Source: Chara braunii
Taxonomy: Eukaryota; Plantae; Charophyceae
Assembly (NCBI GenBank): GCA_003427395.1
Contig: BFEA01000027.1
Coordinates: 4,468,760-4,526,290 of the forward strand
Reading direction: 5' to 3'
Length of the DNA: 57,531 bases
Position 1 is the first letter of the stretch, and every line of letters begins with the position of its first letter. The position numbers were made by a program, and so were the translations under genes. Positions 48,831-57,531 of the stretch are shown in pieces. The notes under the pieces were generated by a model, which saw only the letters and a program-made list of their open reading frames with translations, did not search any database and was not told where the DNA came from.

Positions 48831-51599
48831 GCCCTAAATGGCTTGTAGTCCCTCAACCCTGTCCTTTTGCGAAGTCGCGCTTCTCTTTCTCACTCGTTGC
48901 CCTTTGAGCTGCCTGGGAGTACGAGATCGCCATTTCTGAGGATGTCTTTTTGGGACAAAGTTAGGACAGTTGACGCCAAAGCCGTGTTCGGCTTTGCAAT
49001 GAGGCTGAGGATTGAAGCGGTGAATGGTACGGAGTAAAAATGGTTGGGGTCAAGATATGTTGGGGTCAAGATATGGGTCTGTGTAGAACTCTTGCAAGGC
49101 TGGAAACAGAAGGGAGTGAATACTTCATACAGAGCTACTGTTGGCATTTACGAGATCATAGCTTCAAGCGAAAATTTGGCATTATTTTGCCTCCCCGCTT
49201 GGGGATTGGTTTTTAGCCACGAAGGCCAGTCAAGCCCTAGATCAAGGTGAAGTTCAGATTTTGTTGAAAAGGAAGAATTCTCGTAATCAGACACAACACA
49301 TTAGAGTCCAGGCGAGACTGGTGAGATTATGAGACTGATGATAGTCGATTGGGGTTGAGAATGAGTTAGATTGAATGTTGGTAAGTAGATTGGAACAGGG
49401 GTTGGAATCGTGGTGGGGTGGAATCGGCGAGGGGCCGAAGAAGGCTGTTGATGTGGTGGGAAAGGATCAGAAAATAAGCGGCGCTGAAGATAAAGATGGG
49501 AGTTGTGCGCAGCAGGAGACGGAGAGAAAGCCTTGGGATTTAAAATTTTGCCATAGTTTGCCATAGTTTTGCCTCCCCGCTTGGGGATCGGCTTTTAAAA
49601 TAACCGGTCAGGCACTGGATCAAGGCAAGGAACAAAGTTCATTGAAAAAGGGAAATTTTCCTAGTCAGACACCGCGCATTGGAATCCAGGTGAGACAGAT
49701 GGGAGTCGAGAGGAGTTGGGATCGGGTTAGATTCGAAGTGAGTTAGAAGAAAGGACCGGGGGATGGGGGGATGGGATCTTGGTGGGATGGAATCAGTGTG
49801 GGGTGAAAAAGGTCTGCTGCTGTGATGGTATCAAAGGGGATAATGAGCGCGGGATGGGATGAGGTCGGATCGAAGGTGGGGTCGAGTTGGAAGTTAGATC
49901 GCGCTCGTGAGGCAGTGGGAACTGAATGAAGTCAGGAGCGGGAATGTGATGGGGTAGGGTCGGAGTGAGGGGTGGGGGGGGCTGGAGACAGGGTCGGGGT
50001 GGGGGATGGGGTCTTGCGCGGGCCAAGGATGGGCTTAGATTGGGTGGGATCTTGTTGATGTTAAAAGCAGGAGCTGGTTCGTAGAGGAGTGACTTGGACG
50101 TAGGAGAGAGGGTCGGGTCTGCTATGGAATGAGGGAGAGGTGGACAGAGAGGAAAGGGTGGGCGTTGGGATCGTGGTGAGATCGTGATGAGATGGAGTCG
50201 AATCAGAAAAAGGGATCGGGATGGGGTGAGGTCTGGGAGGAAGGCGCTTGTGATGGGCTCGGATCGAAGAAAATTGAGATCCGGGAGGAGGATTGGGTCG
50301 TTGGATTAAGGTTGTGAGGCGGTAGGAGCGTGATGAGAAGGGGAATGGGACCTGGATGGGTTTGAAACAGGGTGGAGGGAGGGATAGGGGGTAATCTCGG
50401 GGTGGGAGATGGGAAGGGGACGGGGCTAGAGTGGGGATGATTGGGATTTAGATGCGTGCGCTGGATTGCATTGGGCTTGCAACGTCTTAGGGCAAGGGAA
50501 CGAGTTCACGCCGGAGTGGGGGAGGAGTGAGGAGTGGGCGGGAAGTGAGAACGGGGTGGAAAGTGGATTGTGTGAGGGCGAGACAGATGATGATGATGGG
50601 GATGGTACGCGGTGATGACGGATGGTTGCGCCCTGGGTTGGTGCACGGGTCTGAGACATCCGTTGGTTCCGGGGGGGCCGGGTTAGTTTGGTACGTGTAG
50701 GCGATGGTGGTGGATGTAGGGAATAGTGACTGATCTCACTTGAAATGTTGCTCGCTGACTATTCTGCTCCGATACCTCGATCAGATTGGATCCACGCTTT
50801 GCTTTCCGTTGAAGGAGAACTAAATCCTGTGGTCGCCTCTCCTTTAACCGGGTGATGGTGGCCGTTAAATCCTCTTTCTTAAGCTTGCGCCCTCCTTTTC
50901 TTGTCTCTACCCCTACCTCCTTCGTCCTCCCCCTCTATCTTCCTCTTTTCTTCCTCTCTACTTGTTCCCTCCTTTCTTTTCTCGTCAATCCCTGTCTTTT
51001 CTCTCCCTATCTCCTGAATAATGAAAATGAAAATGGCCACGCCCGCAGGCGTGGCTTAGCGCTTACATAGGAGTCCCACCAGAACCCCCACTCTCTCCGA
51101 CTTCCGAATGGGCTATGGAGCGCGCGCGTCGTCGCGCGGCGCGATTCCTCTCTGGGCGCTTGTGCTCGCTCCCGTGCGGCGCCCGTGCTTGCTTCGCGAA
51201 ACGGCGCTACCCGGTCGGCGCTCATCATCCAATGTTCCTATATCAACTAAAGCATAAAGTCTGTGACTGACGTAGTTCAGGCTACCCGTCTTCCCGCGGA
51301 GATAACACAGCGTTGTATATATTCGAGTTTTCAAAAAAATCAAGAGTCCGAGAAGAACACATACACATTCTTTTTGAAAACAATGACGCATATGAGCTGT
51401 ATTCGAATAGCAAGCAACCGATGTGTTGTATTCGAATAGAAAGCGACCCTGCGCTGTACGTATTCGTTTACAACGCATATGCGTCATGTTCAGGGGAAGA
51501 CGGTAGGCGCCTGTAGCTGTCCCGGAATGCTCGACCGTACATTTTGTCCGTAATTCGGACTGCTTGCTCTGAAATGACCATCAACCGTCCCAAAGAAAG

Positions 51600-51760
51600 C
51601 TTGCCCTGACAAATATTTGCCTGTAATTCACTCTGCCTTGCCCTGACAAAAAATTGCCTGTAATTTAGCCTGCGTGCCCTGACAAAAATTTGCCTGTAAT
51701 TCAATCTGCTTGCCCTGGACAATTTGTCTGTAATTCAGACAACTAGCCTGACAATTTCCA
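51600..51760 (+). repeat. ~35-bp tandem repeat
   Basis: Four to five copies of GCCCTGACAAAAATTTGCCTGTAATT. Confidence 0.8.
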
Positions 51761-51827
51761 GGGCCCAGACTGCTTGCACAGAGAATCCCATCAGCTGGAG
51801 TGGAAAATAGCATAGAAGCATCTTATC

Positions 51828-52235
51828 CATGGCTACCAACCGGACGTCCGGATCCCGATCCAGACAGTCCGGTGTCCGGATTGGAGGGTCCGGTTGGACC
51901 CCAAAATCAAAAAATTAAAAAAAAAAAAATAGGGGTCCCAGACCGTTCACCTGCGCCTAGGGTAGCCCGGAAAATTGGAGCTGATGTTTTTTGAAGGTCG
52001 GTACCCCAAGCGGACATGCCCTGAAAGGGCCTGTGAGACTGTGTGAGTGGATTTTTCAAAATCGTATGAGCATACTGCAGCACCGCTGGCGGGAGGAGGA
52101 CGCGATTTTCCGAACGTCGAAGTCCCCGCCCGCAGCACAGCCGTCGTCGTTTTGCCGTGGAGGTCTGCCCTGCCGCCGTCTGCCTGTCAGAGCTCCACCA
52201 TCGCCGTCTTGCCGTCGAAGGTCCACCATCGAGGT

Positions 52236-52312
<77 letters not shown>

Positions 52313-53429
52313 ACACACACACACACACACCAGCTCTCTCTCTCTCTCTCTTCTCTCTCTTATTTGGATGGAATCTTGGTGTGTTTGAGCTCTCTGCTTG
52401 GTACATGACTATCTGGACCTCTGCGCGATTCGTTTGCGATAACATTGGCAAACGAGTTCGCTGCTTTGCTCTTATTTGGATGGAATCTTGGTGCGTTCCA
52501 GCTCTCTGCTTGGTACATGACTATCTGGACCTTTTGCGCAATTCGTTTGCGATAACATTGGCAAATGAGATCGCTGCTTTGGTCTTATTCGGATGGAATC
52601 TTGGTGCGTTTGAGCTCTCTACTTGGTACATTCGCTGCTTTGCTCTTATTTGGATGGAATCTTGGTGCGTTCGAGCTCTTTGCTTGGTACATTGGTCGAT
52701 TGATTGATTGATTGATTGATCCATTGATTGATTGATTGATTGATTGACTGATTGATTGATCGATTGATTGATGATCGAGTGATTGATTGATTGATTGATT
52801 GATCAATCCATTGATTGATTGATTGATTGATTGATCAATCCATTGATTGATTGATTGATTGATTGATCAATCAATTGATTGATTGATTTGTTTGATTGAT
52901 TGATCCATTGATTGATCGATCCATTGATTGATCGATTGATTGATCGATCCATTGATTGGTAGATTGATTGATCGATCCATTGATTGGTCGACTGATTGAT
53001 CAATCCATTGATCGGTTGATTGATTGATTGTTTGATGGGATGGGGTGAAAGGGAGTTTGGGATGTGGGGGAGGCACTGGCTCTAACAAAAGCCGTGCTTG
53101 CTTTTGTGCTTCGTTTTTTGCAGGATGCCGAAGCATGCCAGTGAAGGCGTTAATAAACTTGACATTTTCAATTTGATTACTGTTGAAACAGTTGAATTCA
53201 TTAGCATGTTCGACCAGTCCCACGAACCTGCGTGTGCCTATGTCCTGTTTTTTTCTTTTCTTTTCTTTTTTTCCCGGACAACCGGACACGGGCACATCAA
53301 ACTGAACTGTACGGGTCCGGATGTCTGGATGTCCAGTTTTGTGTCCGGTTAACCAGATCCGGTTTGATCCAGACACGGGTCCGGTGTCCGTGTCTGGATG
53401 TCCGGTTGTCCGGGTCCGGAACAACCATG
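51828..53429. mobile_element. Non-autonomous hAT element, same family as 5351-5918
   Basis: Ends CATGGCT...AACCATG; 8-bp TSD ATCTTATC (51820-51827, 53430-53437); TCCGGA subterminal motifs. Internal (CT)n, a tandem repeat at ~52360-52695 and (GATT)n at 52699-53030. Confidence 0.9.
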
Positions 53430-54302
53430 ATCTTATCCCGGTGCAACTCGTAAATGGCTACCCTTTGTCAGGCACAATGTCTTATTTGGCATATTTGCCA
53501 TGTAGGGTACATATCCCCCTCCCTCCTTGCACAACTTACACACCCAAAACAAACAGACAGAGCACAATTGCAAGTCGGTGGGAGAAGCACGCACCCTTTG
53601 CCAATGCTTACAGAGGATAACATTGAAATGAGGGTTTAGGGTTTTGGAAAAAGGTTGAGGTGAGGTGAGTGAAGGAGGTGATAGATAGCTTGGGGCTGGC
53701 TGAGGCAGTTCTCTCCTCCTCTTCGATAACTGTCATGGCCCATTTCAGTAGCCGGCAAACGACATTCTGGAGATACTCAGTCTGAGGAGATTAAGGGCTA
53801 CCATTGGGGAGATTCTGGGCATGACACAAACTTGATCCCAGGCAAGCCCAATGGCAGAGGATGGACAATGAGGGAAGAGGAGGGAGGAAGGAGGAGCAGG
53901 AGGGAGGACGTGCATCAAGACCAGATGTGATGCGAGGAGGATGCTCAGCACGAGGGAGATGCAGGACAACAGTGTACTCGACGCATCCAGCATCAGTGAG
54001 CCCCTCAAGCTGGAAGAACAAGCGAGCGCGTGCATCGCGATAAATGAACGTACCATGGGGTCAGACGTGCAAAGCACGACAAGGGGAGGGGTATATTGTG
54101 TTGTGCTGCAAAATCTCCGGCTGTATTTCGTTTACAAATTCTCTGATTTAAACAGACAGGTGCAGGAACCAAGGGGAACCTGGACGTAACTGCAGGTGAG
54201 GGGATCGAACGTGAACCACCAGGGGCGAGAGGGCAAAAAAAGAAAAAAAAAAAACGAAAAACAGAGGAAGAGAACACCCCCCCCCCCCCCCCCCCCCCCC
54301 CC

Positions 54303-54750
54303 CCTCAGTTGGTTGAGCACATAAGTGGCACTCAGGAGGTCGTGGGTTCGATACTCAACGTTGTCCTTCCGATCCCCGCGGCCTCCTGGGGATATGCTTC
54401 GGGTTCACCAGCGGAGATCGTTGGCTTGGACCTCCTGGCTAGTTGCGGAAGTAAAAGGCTCTTTCCAGCCCGTGCCAGGTGCTGGGAGCATGGGTACTGC
54501 TTCCCGCACAGAGCAGACATAGGTAAACATAGACCCATAACCTCAAACAGCTTAAGCTCGGGCGAGTGAATATAAGTTGCGATATTTCTTCCATAAGTAG
54601 CTTCGCTCTAGTTGGTATCAGGTCTCGAGAGGTTTGTCTGGGTTTGTCTGGGGAGTGGATGGTCCCTTGCTTGCCCGGAAGAGATACAATAATGACAGAA
54701 GATAATAGCCTGGTACAAAAGAATGCGGCTGTCCCCCATACGAGGAGAAG
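54303..54750 (+). mobile_element. Probable tRNA-derived SINE
   Basis: Head CTCAGTTGGTTGAGC (A box)...GAGGTCGTGGGTTCGATAC (B box) lacks an acceptor stem and is followed by an unrelated body. The 3' limit is uncertain. Confidence 0.5.
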
Positions 54751-54789
54751 ATAAGCCTGCATTTTTCTTTTTTCGTTTTTCTTTTCTCT

Positions 54790-54887
54790 AATTTGGACCA
54801 TTTCTTGATTTATACGTGTAATCCTTCCGCAGGGGCCATGCTAATCTTCTCTGCGTCATTCCAATTTTAACGGATGTCCTGAAGGAC
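54790..54887 (-). pseudogene. U6: Full-length U6 snRNA retrocopy
   Basis: GTCCTTCAGGACATCCGTTAAAATTGGAATGACGCAGAGAAGATTAGCATGGCCCCTGCGGAAGGATTACACG...AAATGGTCCAAATT matches plant U6. A-rich tail; 15-bp TSD ATAAGCCTGCATTTT (54751-54765, 54889-54903). The ACAGAGA box is mutated to GCAGAGA. Confidence 0.92.
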
Positions 54888-54906
54888 TATAAGCCTGCAT
54901 TTTCTA

Positions 54907-54937
<31 letters not shown>

Positions 54938-54985
54938 GACCCCCCTAAGCTATCTGACTAAGTCGTTGACAATTACAACCAGAAC

Positions 54986-55656
54986 CAGGGTTGCATACCC
55001 CTCAACCGCCGACAGTTTTGCAGCCTGCCGGTAGGGCCGACCGGTCAGCGGTCTGGCGACCAGTCAGTAAACAGCCATTCACTTTTTTTTCAAATCTGAC
55101 TATCAGACTGTACTGCACTTGCTGAGCACCGCCCAAATCCGGTGAGAAACTTTTGGGGATTGGGGGGCCGGTGCAGGGGGGTTATAGGGGGTGTATAGGG
55201 GGTGTTAGTGGTGATATAGGGGGTATTGGGCGGGGTAATGAGGATGTTGGGGGCAGTATGGGGGTGTTGGGGGGGTGTATGGGGGTATTGGGGGCCGCTG
55301 NNNNNNNNNNNNNNNNNNNNNNNNNAGGCAAAGGAAAACAAAGACAAGGATGAGAAAAACCTGTCTCTTATACACATCTAGATGTGTATAAGAGACAGGG
55401 GTACAGGGGTGTAAAAGGGGTACAGGGGGGTGTAAGGGGTATTTTTTGGGGGGGGTACGAGGGTGTTGTGGGGGAGGGGGGGGTGTATGGCGGTGTTGGT
55501 GAGGTTATTGGGGGTTATGGACTCTAAAAGTTTCTTTTCTTTTCTTCACTTTTTTTTCTTTTTGTTTTGGCAGGGTGCCAACGACCGCCGACCGGTGGGG
55601 GCAGACCAGCCACCCAACCAATCAAGGGGAGCCGACCGTCCGCCTGTGCAACTCTG
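54986..55656. mobile_element. hAT MITE, related to 16517-17023
   Basis: TIR CAGGGTTGCA / TGCAACTCTG; TSD ACCAGAAC / ACCACAAC (7 of 8 match). The interior is disturbed by a gap and an adapter. Confidence 0.8.
55361..55398. other. Nextera mate-pair junction adapter (assembly artefact)
   Basis: The same 38-mer, close to an N gap. Confidence 0.98.
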
Positions 55657-57467
55657 ACCACAACTATAAACCATGCCCAAGCTTGGTGGGTGGGTGGATT
55701 ATGCTGGCCGAGGGGACCCGTGGGGATCAGAGGAGAAAAGCAGGGAGTAGCCGCAGCATGATTTGGAAGACGGAATTTGAACTCCAAACCTGTTACACCA
55801 CCAGTACGAGCCCCCTCTACCAAAACTTCCATTGGTGGTCGGGGAATCTTCCCTTTCCACATACCAGCAAGCCCGGGACCACTTGCAGGGACAGGTCCAA
55901 TGTGTTCAACCACAAATACGTTTCCCTGCTGTGAAAACAAATATAACTTTCGGGGGCTCGGCCTCCAGAGAAAATTGGCTGGCAGCAGCGCCAGCCAAAC
56001 AGAGGGTTGCGCTGGTTAGTTGTTTTTTGGCACGCAGTACGTCTCCAGGCTCGACAAGGGGTCCACCGTAGTGGCGGGTTAAAAAATAAAAAAATAAAAA
56101 GAAGTGGTGGGTTTGACTGATAGTAATTCTAACAGAGTCTATTGTGCCCTGAAAAGAGAGAAAGCCTGCTCTGATTCAGATGGCCAGATGCACTGCCCAA
56201 CCCGCAACGAGGACTTTCCTCAAACGCATCTGACTGCATTTGCGCTCCAATACATTCATTCAATAAACTCCAGGAAAGAACCAGAACTGAGTGCTAATGG
56301 ATCTTTCCATCGTACAGACACAAAGCGAGAAAGCAATGCAAGGAAAATGAGCAATAGCGAAAAGACAGAGCTCCAAATTGCAAAATCACATTGAAAGCCA
56401 GATAGTCGAAAGCTGTCCAGAAAGCAGAAATGCACTAATATCACAACGAAGGACAACCAAAGCGCACCGATCTCAATTGTCAATGAGAGCACTCTCTCGC
56501 CACCACCAACAATGTTCCCAGGGGCCTTCCTCCTACTTGGCGCTCAGTGCCCAGACTACAATCACACAGCTACTATACTAACCCACGAAATGACAAGAAA
56601 AAAGCAACCACAGTGCATGCAGATGTCAACCATGTAGACCTCCGCCAGGACCAGGTACGTGCTCTCACATCTCCCCTCACTCGCCCTCTCGATGCTCACC
56701 CCTTGTCTTCTCTACCCATGTCCCATCACCATCCAAAGACCACCGCCTTCCCCCGCCACCTATGTCTGCCCAAGCCCGGCTATGGTGGCCTGGGCTATGG
56801 CGCTGCTCACTAGCAGCGCCCTCGCCTCAACCAGCGCCCGTGTGCGCCCGAGCCTGGCCTGCGAGCGGCCTTCAGCGCACTGTCCAGCAGCGCTGCCGCC
56901 CAACATGCAAGTGCCCGAATGTCTTCCTCGTGGCCAGGCTCTTTCCTATATGGAAAGCAGCCTGGTCTGTGGGCTTCTTGGCTGGGAGGCCCGTGTTCCC
57001 CAGTAGCTTCACATTGGGGCAAAGTGTCTGCACCCAGGCCCATTCAGACAGTGGCCTGGGCCCGCAGCAGTTAGGCGAGCCCAACCACCCCGCACCCAAT
57101 GAGGTGTTCCCTGCTTTCTGATTGGCCGAGAGGCCAGCTCCCAAGTAAAGAATAGAAGAGCCTGGAAGGCTCACAAAAGATGCTGATGCTCGCCAGCAGG
57201 GCACATGTAATCAACTGGCACGTGGCAACTGTGTGGCGCCCACTAGGGCTGGCAAATTTTGCAATACAGGCACCTGTTCAAAATACAGGGCCCGCCTTTA
57301 CTTAGGTGGGCACGTTGCTTGCAAGTGAGGTCCCCATACGGGCATGCCGAGGACTCGTATCCTCTCACAAATCAAAATCAAAGAAAAATCAGCAACAAAG
57401 AAGAAGAGAGACCAAAAGGAAGTACAAGACCAAGAGAGAGAGATAAAGAGAAAAGCAAAGAGAAAAT

Positions 57468-57531
<64 letters not shown>

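Larger units (their letters stand above)
40512..51223 (-). mobile_element. Full-length L1-clade LINE retrotransposon (~10.7 kb, degenerate)
   Basis: 16-bp TSD ATCATCCAATGTTCCT at 40496-40511 and 51224-51239. Poly(A) tail seen as poly-T at ~40512-40538. ORF1 with CCHC knuckle; ORF2 with APE, RT and C-terminal zinc motif. Confidence 0.95.

Noticed and set aside
54790-54887. Functional U6 gene
   Set aside because: Mutated ACAGAGA box, A-tail and TSD, and no recognisable upstream USE/TATA promoter.

Overview
Eukaryotic nuclear DNA from a repeat-rich streptophyte genome. A charophyte alga such as Chara is my inference, from the HEN1, nad1 and U6 sequence style and the very large introns. It is a draft assembly with N gaps and two leftover Nextera mate-pair junction adapters. 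The one host gene is HEN1, the small-RNA 2'-O-methyltransferase, on the minus strand. Four internal exons (38835-38228, 33043-32696, 13919-12490, 8902-8751) splice in frame across introns of 3.6-18.8 kb. I did not find the first exon(s) or the methyltransferase exons, which probably lie outside the window. The introns contain: a full-length ~10.7 kb L1-clade LINE with a 16-bp TSD; a Penelope-like element with N-terminal SAP and GIY-YIG domains (Chlamys-type), plus a second RT remnant; several hammerhead-ribozyme motifs of two topologies, including a tandem array of type III-like hammerheads next to a Josephin (deubiquitinase) plus RING-like ORF; three U6 snRNA-derived sequences; a 28S rRNA fragment; a nad1 NUMT; and many hAT, mariner and Harbinger MITEs. 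The best novelty candidates are the hammerhead array with its Josephin-RING ORF, the U6-chimeric tandem repeat, and repeated duplication of HEN1 5' splice sites.
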